Source: Eledone cirrhosa
Lineage: Eukaryota
Reading direction: 5' to 3'
Assembly (NCBI GenBank): GCA_964016885.1
Contig: OZ024740.1
Span: 151,838,001 to 151,902,000, forward strand
DNA: 64,000 nt
Positions 48,735 to 64,000 of the stretch are shown here, one piece after another (within the stretch, counting starts at the first letter, position 1; each line of letters begins with the position of its first letter). Both the position numbers and the translations under genes were made by a program. The notes below the pieces were generated by a model. It saw nothing but the letters and a program-made list of their open reading frames with translations. It ran no database searches and was not told the origin of the DNA.

Positions 48735-49340
48735 ATTATTAATGATGATGATGATGATGATGATAGAGGAGAAGATGGTGTTGGTGGTGACGATTATGGC
48801 AGTCATGATTGTGAAGGTTGAGGAGTTGATGATGAGATGATGATGATGATGGTGGTGGTGGTGGTGATGATGATGATGATGATGATGATGACACAGGAAA
48901 ATATGGTGTTGGTGGTGACGATTATGGTGGTCACGATTGTGAAGGTTGAGGAGTTGATGATGATGATGATGATGATGATGACATACGAGAAGATGGTGTT
49001 GGTGGTGACGATTATGGTGATCACGATTACAATGGATGAAGAGTTGATGATGAGGATGATGATGGTGGTGGTGATGTGGATGATAATGATGATGTTGATA
49101 ATGTTAGTGGTAGTGATGATGGTATCGTCGACTTTAATTGATGATGATGATAATAATCATGATGGTGGTGGTGGTGGTGCCGATGGCGGTGGTAATGGTG
49201 GTGCTTGTGGTGACCGCGATAAAGAACTGGACAAAGATGAGTATTATGCAGATAGTAACGGTGATGAATTTGATGTTGGGGCCGCAAAAATGATGGTGGC
49301 GAGGAAGAGGTTGGTTATGGTGGCAGTGATGGTGGTGGTA
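48735..49340. repeat. (GAT)n/(GGT)n low-complexity region containing three ~110-125-bp tandem units
   Basis: ATGGTGTTGGTGGTGACGATTATGG recurs at about 48775, 48903 and 48993. Confidence 0.85.
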
Positions 49341-49438
49341 GGGGTGGCACCGTTTGTTATATGCACGTATAAAACATCTATAAGTTCCAGTTTCATCAAA
49401 TATATGTATATGCGCGCAAGTGTGTATGTGTGTATCGT

Positions 49439-49525
<87 letters not shown>

Positions 49526-49527
<2 letters not shown>

Positions 49528-49615
49528 CGAGGTGTGTCAGAAAAGTTTCAGGACTAATTTATTTCAAACTCAAACTTCACACTAAGAGTTTTATCCTTCA
49601 AAGTAATCCACTGGA
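49526..49615 (+). mobile_element. Mariner-like transposon end fragment
   Basis: TA-CGAGGTGTGTCAGAAAAGTTTCAGGACT resembles mariner TIRs; lies within (TA)n; no partner TIR seen. Confidence 0.5.
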
Positions 49616-49616
49616 G

Positions 49617-49703
<87 letters not shown>

Positions 49704-49707
<4 letters not shown>

Positions 49708-50310
49708 TGGCTGCCAACTCGTTTTCGAGTACGGCCACTACTTTATATCCATGTAGAAGAACCCCTACCGATGCGCTGAACGAGTGTGACTTTTTAGTCC
49801 ACCCAGCGACTTGAAAACTCTGGTACAAACACTACACTTGTGTCAATTATTGACACATAGTGCTGGGCCCATGGTACCATGTGACGACAAGTGCAGAGAG
49901 ATCTCCAGATATAAAGCAGTTCCTGTGCCGTGAAGCTTTTATAGTGAGCAAAGGCACTGCACAAAGCCAGTCCCACGCTCTTAACCAAGATGCTATTTAC
50001 CAAAAAGAAGAACAAGTCAACATCATTGGATACCATCAGGGTTGCAGGTGTTATATCAGAGTTTTCCTTCTCCTGGAATTCTTCCTTGACAAAGGCTAAG
50101 GGGTCATCTCTCCCGGTGATTTTGGATGGCCACTGACTCTTAAGAGCTCCTTTTCCCTTTGACAGGTTTTGTTTTTAGTCCTGCAGGATGTCCAAAGTCA
50201 CCCTCCACACCAAGAAACCTTGGTAGGGTTGCCAGTTTAGTCGCCAACGACCCGACCATGAGACAGGTTCTACTGGGATACATGTTACCAGTAGCACCAA
50301 CTGGTGACCT
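49704..50310. repeat. Longer copy of the 19022-19435 repeat with a structured extension
   Basis: Inverted match to 19022-19435. The extension contains the hairpin GGTTCTACTGG...CCAGTAGCACC; a related sequence lies at 52170-52240. Confidence 0.65.
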
Positions 50311-50314
50311 GACA

Positions 50315-51200
<886 letters not shown>

Positions 51201-51270
51201 ATATATATGGGGGTGTATTATACATATGTAGGTATAATTATAAATTCATACATATAGGTATGTAAATATA

Positions 51271-51349
51271 TTAGGTCGTCAAGTATGAAATTTGTAGAAA
51301 TTTCTAGAAAAAACACAAATTTGTACAAATTCCATACTTGACGACCCAA
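51271..51349. mobile_element. 79-bp mariner-like MITE
   Basis: TIRs TTAGGTCGTCAAGTATGAAATTTGTAGAAATTT / AAATTTGTACAAATTCCATACTTGACGACCCAA, with TA on both sides. Confidence 0.75.
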
Positions 51350-51669
51350 TACATGCATACATATATACCTGTGGCTGCATCTTGGTTTCGAGTATTTTCA
51401 TCCGTTGACCTTGTTTTCATACATGGGTGGCACGAACATGAGATTTTAGTCCTGCAGCGGAAGAAAAAGAAAAGGCCATGCTGAAGTAGCACTTGACCAA
51501 TCCCACTATCTGAACAACAGTGATAAGTATCCCAAAAGAAGAACAGGTCAACATCATTGGCTGCCTTCGAGTCGTAGGTTTTACATCAGAGTTTTCCTTC
51601 TCTGAGTGAGCTAAGCGTACGCTCAGCCACAATACCAAGTATTTCTATATCTCCGCGCATGCGTGCATG

Positions 51670-51799
<130 letters not shown>

Positions 51800-52491
51800 G
51801 AATGGCTGCAACTCGATTTTAAGTAATGCTATCGCTTGATACCTAAGCATGAGCATCGTGGAGGTGACTTTATAGTCCTGCTAGGGACTTGCCTATGACC
51901 AGCAATGGTCTATATCACAGAAAATGTCACATATCAAGCGATGCCTGTGCTTGAAGCTGTTTTAAGTGAGGAAAGTCTTTGTACGGGACCAATCCCACTC
52001 TCTGAACATCGAATGTATTTGTCCATCATTGGATGCAAACGAAGTCGCAGGTTTTATATCAGAGTGTCCTTCTCCTTAATGAAGCCTAGGAGTCTCTTGC
52101 TCTACAAAAAAGTACATTATTAGATGGCCGTTGACACTCTTGATTTCCTCCGCCCTTTGACGGCAGCGTTACTGGTAACATGTAACCCAGTACAACCTGC
52201 GCATGTTCAAATCGTCGGTGACTAAACCAACAACCCCCACCAAGCTTTTTTTGGTGAGGAGCGTGTTTTGGACACCCTGCGGAATGAAAAACATACATTG
52301 CATACATACATACATACATACATGCATACATACATACATATACGCAGGCATACATGCATACACACACACATATACACGCACACACACACACATACATACA
52401 TACGTACGTACGCGCACGCACGCACACACACACATGCACGCATACACACATACACACATACACACATACACACATACACACGCAAGCACGC

Positions 52492-52539
<48 letters not shown>

Positions 52540-53192
52540 TTCGATTGTGTACGTGGTTTCCATTGCAGAAGATTATTCGGAATGAAAACAAACCAGTTTC
52601 ATGGTAGCTAGGGAAATATAAAGAATGAATGGGGTAATTTAATTTTGTTTTCCAGTGTTAAGTAAGAAGATCTTTAGAGTAGCAAACACTATAGATTGTT
52701 TCCAATAACACATCTAAATCGATACAGATTGATTCCCAATAGTAGTAGACCGTTGCTTCAATGATGAAAGAGCTACGATTACGTGAGATCGTCTACCGAA
52801 ACCAGTAAGGCTGCTCATGAAAAAAATGCCTTTACCCGCATATTCACTAGTTTTGTCTGTCACTGATTTTCTTTTATATTCTGTCTATCTCTTATATTAT
52901 CTTCTTTCTTCCTCTTCACTCTTTTTTTTCACGTATGTCCCTCCCATCTCTCTCTCCACCCCCTCTCTCTACCTCTCGATGTTTTATGTACGCAGAGAAA
53001 GTGCTGTTAGAAGCTTCTTCGCTTTTTTTTTTATTTACTACTGATGTCGTTTTGTTTTTACTTTTTCAACTGAAGATTGTGATGATCAGATGGAGAAGAT
53101 GGGTAACTAAAGGATATTGCTATCATGTTAATACTATTGATGATGACGATGGTTAGAGATGTGAGGCATATATATGTTAATATATATATATG

Positions 53193-53255
<63 letters not shown>

Positions 53256-53365
53256 ATAATAATAAATTTGAAGACTAAAATCCAAAGAGGGCTCGATAAG
53301 GATAAATATATATCAAATATATAAGAACCGTAGAGCAAATATATATATATATATGTGCGTGTGTG

Positions 53366-53515
<150 letters not shown>

Positions 53516-54340
53516 AAGACCGTCGGATGCCTAAACCCGAAAGTAAATACATCGATAACAAACGAAGACTATCCACGAATTCAAGCAACGGTAGCCTATA
53601 AACACACATACGATCTCACTCACCTGACCCAATCCGCACAAGGAAAGTAAACATAACACACAATCTTCTAAAATATTTCACAACTTTCAAGGCAAAACTT
53701 CCACCGACTGGCAACAATTACTGCTATGGGTGTGATTGAAGTCATCCGGCTGCAGCCGTCGAATTGTGTAGTTTCTATCTGCAGCGACTACGATGCAATT
53801 GTTTAATTGGCCATGAACCTATACTCACAGATCTGCCACCCGAAATATTCCAAATATTCCCAATCTGACATAGGTATTCACCGAAGTTAACCTTAATTTT
53901 TATAACTGATCTAAAAATACCGCTTAACAGCCCGAAGAACATGATCAATCTAATGGCATAACTAATACATGATTATTACAATACTGGCCTAGCTAATAAA
54001 TGACTAAATAAATTACTATTGAAAGTTTAAATAAAACTCAGATAAAAAATAATAGAAAAGTAATTCTAATCAGTGCCTTATTACAATTAAAACAACACGA
54101 AATTAAAATATTAACATTCAATTAGAAGGCTAAATAAAGGTAATTGATATATTATCTCACGGAATAATAAAACATTAACGAAAAGGTATAAAATATAACA
54201 TAATTAAAAGGCTAAATATTGAAATATTGAAATATCTAAATAAATTATTAAATAAAATATTATCGAAACTAAATAAATATTATCAAATATATATATATAT
54301 ATATTGAAATTCTATCGCACAGGAACTACCTTGTGTGTAA

Positions 54341-54608
54341 TATAAGCTAGACCGACTAAAATAAGTCGGTTTTACACACAGAGTTCTCGAACCAGCGTTT
54401 CTGCAATTAAAAAAACATTAACCATTCCAAGACATCGGAATAACCAATACTGGAATAATTAAAATTTCGTCATCGGGGGAAAATTCTTTGGAATAAGAGA
54501 ATGAATATATCCCCCTCAATGTATTAGGACAACATGACGGGATTATATTGACCATTGTTGGGGAACTCTATGAGAAAAACCAAATTATTTTAGTCGGTCT
54601 AGCTTATA
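54341..54608. repeat. Inverted-repeat element (MITE or fold-back remnant)
   Basis: TATAAGCTAGACCGACTAAAATAA ... TTATTTTAGTCGGTCTAGCTTATA, 24-bp perfect inverted repeat. Confidence 0.6.
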
Positions 54609-54873
54609 TCACCCCACAAATAGATTTTGCCTTAAGTTTTAATAAATGTTATTACTTCTCTGAGTAGATAATTTATTAATATATTGTTGAGATATCTAAC
54701 TATTAGAGACAGTTAATTTTATAAATTTATTAACTGCCCCATCGTTGTTGAGAAGATTTAGACGGTTTTGGCTGCTATTTCCAACGTCAATATGTGTTGA
54801 CAGAAATTGTTGAAAATGTTAACAATTCATTCTTTTGACAACGAATGATTCTTATTCAAAATAGGTAGTTATA

Positions 54874-56761
54874 TCTACTTATATATATAACCAGCAATTT
54901 CTCTGTCTGTCTGTCCGACAGTGGAAACACGTGCGTAGAGAGAGAGTGAGAGTGAAAGAAAGAGACAGACTACGAGAAGGGGATAGCGGGAGGGAAAGAG
55001 GGAGAGAGAGAGAGTGAATAGACGCTAAAACACGTGCTATAGAAACATTACCTTCCCCTCTCCACTGACTATGGTCACTGAGGCCGAGGGAATCGCTGGT
55101 TGCTATAGAGACACCTTGCACAAGCCAGAAGTAACCAGTTCGAGGCGGTTCTGACTTGACTCCATGCGAAGAAGGTTGCCATTGAATTTGTGGTTGTTGT
55201 TGCTGGACCATTTGAAGAAGGTTGCTGCTGATGTGGTAATTTATTAATCAGATTGCGCAGTTCCATAACCTACGTTTGATTTGTTCAATCTTTTTCTTCA
55301 ATTTTTGTTGTTGTTTTTTTTTTATTTCTTATTGAAAAAATATAAATAATAAAATAAGGTTAGAAATTTAAATACAATTAAATACGATTTAATTTCCATT
55401 TCCAGCAGCCAATGTCCAGTGTTCAATTTCATGAAAAAATTGGAAATAATTCAAAAAATTGAAGTTTAACTTTTGAACATTTGTTTTGACAATAAAAAAA
55501 TATTTCCTTATTCACACCTAATGGTATGATTAAAATTTCATAGGAATATTTTTTTCTAACCGCCAGATATTTAAATATTATTAAAAATAAATTTTTCTTT
55601 TTAAAGAATGGAAGATTTTGTGGATTTTTTTACCACCTTCCAAGCCTAAAACACAAATTCTCGCGAATTTGTGTTTTGTAATGACCCTCAGGACGCTGCT
55701 ATTGTTGATTCCAATAGTGCCTGGTATTCGAATATGTTAGTATACAATTTTTTGAATACAATTAAGGCGCAATTAGAGCTGCCAAACAAAATTTTTTTCG
55801 GCTTCGGCCCATATTATATATATAATGGGGATGATGATGATGATATACATAGTTACATATGTATATGTAATCTCCTTATAATATATAACCAGCAATTTCT
55901 CTGTCTGTCTGTCCGACAGTGGAAACACGTGCGCGCGTGCGAATGTTTTTTGCGCACGCGTAGAGAGAGAGTGAGAGTGAAAGAAAGAGACAGACTACGA
56001 GAGGGGGATAGCGGGAGGGAGAGAGGGAGAAAGAGAGAGTGAATAGACGCTAAAACACGTGCGCGCGTGAGAATATTTTTTTCGCACGCGTAGATAGAGA
56101 GTGAAATAAAGAGACAGACTACAAGAGGGGGATCGCGGGAGGGAGAGAGGGGGGAATTGAGGAGTGCTACAGAAACATATATACATTTCTGTGTGTGTGT
56201 AATATATATATATATATATACACACAGAGAAATATATATATATACACACAGAAATATATATACATTTCTGTGTGTGTAATATATATATATATATATACTA
56301 GTAGAAAACCACCCGGTGGGTGGTTTTCTGCTAGTCTATATATCTAAAACAGAGAATGTCTGTCTGTATGTCTGTCTGTCTGCATTATGACATTATGACG
56401 TCGCTATCTGTGTGTGTGTGTGTGTATATATATATGTATATATAGTGTGTGTATATATATATAGTGTGTAACGTTTTTCGAAATATTTACTTCTGCGTTC
56501 ACAGATTGATTTTTTTTAGTTTCAGAAGATCCCGTTAATGGTGAAAGCAGCGATTCTTTGCTTAAACTTTAATCTGTTATTTTAATATATATGTATATAT
56601 ATATATATATAATTATATATTCGTGTACAGATAGTTTTGCATACACAATAACAAAATATAAACAAACGTATTTATTTCACGATGCTCGATAAGGATAAAT
56701 ATATATCAAATATATAAGAACCCTAGAGCAAATCCCGAGCGATGCCGGGTCATTCTGCTAG
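54874..56761 (+). mobile_element. Cluster of non-autonomous Helitron-like ends
   Basis: 5' TC starts followed by (TCTG)n at 54874, 55871 and 56335. 3' hairpin CCCGAGCGATGCCGGG then CTAG|T at 56734-56762. The outer ends sit between A and T. Confidence 0.6.
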
Positions 56762-56859
56762 TTTACACTAAATTTATTTTGAAATCTTCATACACATGTA
56801 CATACATACACACGTACAGACATACACACACACACGTGCGTATATATATATATATATAT

Positions 56860-57388
56860 ATACTTATACTTGGGGAGGGTCATAGTGTTATAATATTGCA
56901 AGAAATAATAAAAGAAGGCACACACTGTTTGGTTTTCGCTTCTGTATCTTTTATATCTCCATAGTTAATTTATTTGGCAATCAATGTTTATCATTGATTG
57001 ACAATCGGTTAAAAAATACAGATATAAATATATATATAGTCTATCAAAGTTTTTTCTACGCTATAAATGGCATAGACATTACAATACAACGGTAGGAAAC
57101 ATAATAGTACCACTGATGATGTTGCAGATGTGCGACGAAAGAACTTTGATAGATTATATATATATATATTTATATCTGTATTTTTAACTGATGGTCAATC
57201 AATGATAAACATTGATTGCCAATAAATTAACTATGGAGATATAAAAGATACAGAAGCGAAAACCAACCCAAACAGTGAGTGTGTTCTGTTATTATTTCTG
57301 GCAATATTATAACAATATGACCCTCCCCAAGTATAACAATATTTGTTTCGACACACGATTTCATATCAAAAACCTTGCAAAACAAATA
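56860..57388. mobile_element. Fold-back pLTR element, diverged F1 subfamily
   Basis: 56862-57056 is inverted relative to 57137-57335. HHR at 57108-57151 (+): tacca CTGATGA t gttgca gatg tgcgac GAAA gaac TT tgata. Confidence 0.8.
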
Positions 57389-57405
57389 TGTATATATATA
57401 TATAT

Positions 57406-57447
<42 letters not shown>

Positions 57448-57453
57448 GTGCGT

Positions 57454-57529
<76 letters not shown>

Positions 57530-57540
57530 GTGTGTGTGTG

Positions 57541-57962
57541 TAGAAATTACGTATTTCTAAAGAAACACGGTCTGTTTACAGGTAAACATTTAGAAGGCCG
57601 TAGCTATGCAAAAATAAAACACCGGGCTAACGCCCTCTGGTGGTGTCCAGCAGAAGCAGTCGTCGATGCATTTCAGACTTAACTGGTCCTCATCAGGACG
57701 ATCCCTCCCACTCTTGCGACTGCTGGACTTGTTAACAGTCGACAATATATAGTTTTCTCCTCTAAATAAGGTGGACGATTGTCCCCCTTGCTTCCGCTGG
57801 ACACCACCAGAGGGCGTTAGCCCCGGTAGTTTTTTTATTGTTGTTTTTTTGCATAGCTACTGCTTTCTAAATGTTTACCTGTAAACAAACCGTGTTTCTT
57901 TAGAAATACGACATTTCTGTACATATCTGTATACAGCTATGCCTGAAGCTAAATCCTAATTC
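57541..57962. mobile_element. Fold-back pLTR element, family F4
   Basis: 57541-57658 is inverted relative to 57789-57918. The 3' tail is also present at about 20233-20331. Flanked by (TG)n and (TC)n/(TA)n. Confidence 0.8.
57660..57701 (-). ncRNA. Type I minimal hammerhead ribozyme, canonical core
   Basis: tcgtc CTGATGA ggac cagttaa gtct GAAA tgca TC gacga. Perfect 5-bp stem I, palindromic UGCA stem III, AUC triplet. Confidence 0.88.
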
Positions 57963-57995
57963 TCTCTCTCTCTCTTTCTCTATCTTTCTCTCTCC

Positions 57996-58043
<48 letters not shown>

Positions 58044-58048
<5 letters not shown>

Positions 58049-58480
58049 TTATATTTAATTTGTTGGAATGCCAACAAGCTTAAAAGTTTATAACTGATAT
58101 AAAGCACTCAACAATTTACTGGAGTAAATATTCAATATAATAATAAATGGAAACTATATTTATAAAACTATAATTATTTTATTATATATATTTCAAGGGC
58201 AACCAAGGCAAACTTGGTGCGCTTTTATTAGATAAAATACAAGATTTGCTTTATAAATATTGACATAACCGTGGAAAAACAACCTTGACGGTTGAAAGTT
58301 CACTGGAAGTTCACTTTCAACCGTCAAGGTTGTTTTTCCACGGTTATGTCAATATTTATAAAGCAAATCTTGTATCTTATCTGATGAAAGCGCACAAGAA
58401 TGCCTTGGTTGCCCTTGAAATATATACAATAAAATAATTATGGTTTTATAAATATAGTTTCTATTTATTAATATATTGTG
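58044..58480. mobile_element. Fold-back pLTR element, family F3
   Basis: Palindrome centred on about 58306. HHR-like CTGATGA aagcgca...tgccctt GAAA tatata at 58381-58426; the mirror copy's core is mutated to CTAATAA. Confidence 0.85.
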
Positions 58481-58575
58481 TGTATATATATATATATATA
58501 TATATTTAAATAACAGATTAAAGTTTAAGCAAAGAATCGCTGCTTTCACCCTTAACGGGATCTTCTGAAACTTTG

Positions 58576-60032
58576 CACTGTGGAACAATTCTTTCGCGGT
58601 GATTGATTGGTTCAACGGCATATGTAACAAGGAACATTGCCGTTTTATCCAATTCGACATCAACAATTACTACTCCTCCATCACTTTACCACTTCTCCTT
58701 AGAGCTATCAATTTCGCTAAAACACTCACATTGGTTAAGGATTTCGAAGTTGATGTCATCCTCAATGCCCTTAATTTCGACGACTCTATTTGGATTAAAA
58801 AATCCAATAGTACCCCATTCGACGTGAGTATGGGCGCCAGCGATTCTGCGGAGGTTACTGATCTTATCGGCCTTTTCCTTCTTTTCTCTATCAAGGAAGA
58901 ATTCCCCAACGCGGTGGTTTGTACCAACGGTGGTTTGTACCATGATGATGGTCTTTTGACCATGACTAAGTGCGGACCTCGTGCTTGCGACAGGTACAGA
59001 AAAGAACTCACAGCCTTCTTTAAAGGCTTCAACTTCTCTATACAGGTTGAGGCCAATCTCTCGGTCGTTAATTACCTCGACGTTACCCTCAATTTATTGA
59101 ATGGGTTGTATTACCCGTATAGAAAGCCGAATGATACGCTTAATTATATAAGTAAGCATTCCAACCATCCTGCCAGCATAACCAAGAACCTGGTAAGAAA
59201 CGTTTCGTTGAGGCTTTCCCGTCTATCTACTAACGAGCATATTTTCAACGACCATTCCACTTATTACAATGAAGCTCTTGCTCGGAGTGGATTTGACGAT
59301 AAGGTAGCATATACAGAGTACGAAAATAGACCTAGAAGAAATAGATCCCGTCGCATTTGTTGATATAACCCACCATATAATATGGAGGTGGCTACACCTT
59401 TAGCTAAGATCTTTCTTTCCCTTATTACGAAGCATTTCCCCCCTACACATAAATATAGTAAAATGTTTAATAGAAATACTATTAACATTTCTTACTCTAC
59501 GACTCCTAACCTTGCACATAACTTCAAAGCTTCAAATTTAGCTAAACTACCTAGCCGTAGGAACTCGTGCAACCCTGTAGTTAGTACTAACTGTAATTGT
59601 AGGAGTCGGGTTGATTTCCCCCTATCCGGGAAATGCCTCTCTAGTAACATTGTCTACAAATGTAAGGTTGAAACACCCACGTCCCGTAGGGCCTACATAG
59701 GGTTAACCGCCAATAGATTCAAGCAGCGTCTTTACATGCATACCCATTCTTTTCGTTACCCTCTAAGAAGGAATATGATGTCACTTTCATCTTATATCTG
59801 GAGTCTAAAAGACAACCACACCCAATATAATTTACACTGGGAGATCCTAGCTAGGGCTAGATCGTATAACGGAAATAAAAGACCATGTGACCTCTGCGCC
59901 GCTGAGGCCCTGGAAATACTCTACGCCACAGACCACATCTTAAACAAAAAATCTGAGGAAATTTCGGCTTGTAAACATAAATTGCACAACATTTTCCTGT
60001 ATTACAGCCCCACGTTATACCCTAACGGATAG
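58576..60032 (+). pseudogene. PLE reverse transcriptase + GIY-YIG endonuclease, one in-frame TGA at 59361
   Basis: VIDWF, FIQFDINNYYSSI, FDVSMGASDSAEVTDLIGLFLL, GLYHDDGL, VNYLDVTLNL, PYRKPND..YI...SNHP, YNPPY, CNCR...PLSGKCL, IVYKC...YIGLT..FKQR, CDLCAAE. Confidence 0.9.
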
Positions 60033-60977
60033 TACGATCTATACGTGGATATTTTACGTCTTGATGTGGTAGCTAAGTATATATTTTGTTTATACCATTA
60101 CTTATTTGCATAGGTAAGTATATATTACCTGTATGTTTTATGAAGGTACGTATATCTTCTCGGACGTATATTTGACGTATATGTTATGGCGTATAATTTT
60201 ATATATTCTGGTACATATGGTTTGCTTATGTGTATACGGGAGTTTTGCGTCTGTGTGAGTATGCAGGTTCGTACGTATGTAGGGTGTGTGTATATGTGTA
60301 CTTCATGTTTTGTTTTGGTTGACTTACGTCTCCGAACATTTGTGTATTTACATGTAGGTATGTGTGTGCGCTTGTTATATACGTATTTATTTATTTATAT
60401 ACGTTTATTTAATTATTTATTTATTTGTATGCACGCATACACACACACACACATATTTATATGTGCGTGGTTTTGTATACCTATGATAAGTGTTTTCGCG
60501 TATGCTTGTGTATGTACGTATTTGTATGCGTGTATGTATTTATTTAATTTCTATTACCTCTGTATTGTATTTATTTACTTTGTTCTTAACTCTGAAGCGG
60601 AGATTCATTCGGTCTCCTAGTTAGAATTTTAGTCTACGACTTCTACTATACCATTTACGTGGTTTTGTCTTTGCGTGCAATTGTTCTCTACGCTCCACAT
60701 ATGACGTATTATCTTCGTTTTTTTCGTTCATTGCCAGAGAACGTCTCTATGAACCACCTAAGAGAACATTAGTCTACGACCTCTTTTATACCATAAACGT
60801 GGTTCTGTCTTTGCGCGTAATTGTTTTTCACAGCTCCTATTAATGACGTATTATATTCGTTTTTTCCCGTTCTGTGCCAGGGAACGTTTCCACGAACCAA
60901 AGTATCGTCTTCCTGTTGTCCTCCGGTTGCAACGTTTTTTGAAATATCCACTTCTGCGTTTACAGATTGACTTTGTT

Positions 60978-61028
60978 AGTTTCAGAAGATCCCGTTAAGG
61001 GTGAAAGCAGCGATTCTTTGCTTAAACT
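60978..61028 (+). ncRNA. Atypical hammerhead-like motif (CAGAAGA core), family F2
   Basis: agttt CAGAAGA t ccc gttaa ggg t GAAA gcag cgattct ttgc TT aaact. All three stems are present; seven copies in the window. Confidence 0.6.
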
Positions 61029-61135
61029 TTAATCTGTTATTTTAATAAATATTTGCTCTACGGTTCTTATATATTTGATATATATTTATCCTTATCGAGC
61101 CCTCTTTGGATTTTAGTCTTCAAATTTATTATTAT

Positions 61136-63935
<2,800 letters not shown>

Positions 63936-64000
63936 TTTTTAATACTTCTAGGATGATTAGAATTGAAACTTACATAATTTAAATTTTCATTAATTTTATG

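Larger units (their letters stand above)
58507..61140 (+). mobile_element. Naiad-type PLE, 5'-truncated, with an inverted pLTR piece at the 5' end and a partially tandem 3' pLTR (parent of family F2)
   Basis: 58507-58572 is an inverted copy of about 60978-61044; 60628-60755 is repeated at 60769-60900; ends in (TA)n. Confidence 0.9.

Noticed and set aside
48837-49814. 325-aa ORF, the longest in the track
   Set aside because: Made of (GAT)n/(GGT)n/(TA)n repeats and transposon fragments; no protein-like complexity.

Overview
AT-rich, microsatellite-saturated eukaryotic DNA with no recognisable intact host gene. The SINE and repeat complement and the (TA)n/(CA)n density suggest a cephalopod such as Octopus (inference). 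Penelope-like retroelements (PLEs) dominate: two Neptune-type and three Naiad-type decayed copies with RT and/or GIY-YIG remnants. There are also many ORF-less pseudo-LTR (pLTR) derivatives, nearly all embedded in (TA)n and often arranged as fold-back palindromes. Reading both strands by eye shows the main hidden signal: over 20 type I hammerhead ribozyme (HHR) motifs in about nine sequence families. They include canonical minimal HHRs with palindromic stem III and recurrent non-canonical cores (UUGAnAA, CAGAAGA, U.U at the base of stem II, an extra nucleotide after A9, a long stem II insert). One family forms ORF-less ~430-439 bp tandem units with one HHR per unit, a retrozyme-like, candidate circular-RNA element. 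Also present: a Chapaev3-type DNA transposon with TIRs and a 3-bp TSD inside a SINE, decayed CRE- and RTE-clade LINEs, a Helitron-end cluster, tiny Tc1/mariner MITEs and tRNA-derived SINEs. All structures were paired by eye; none was computed or tested, and element boundaries are approximate.
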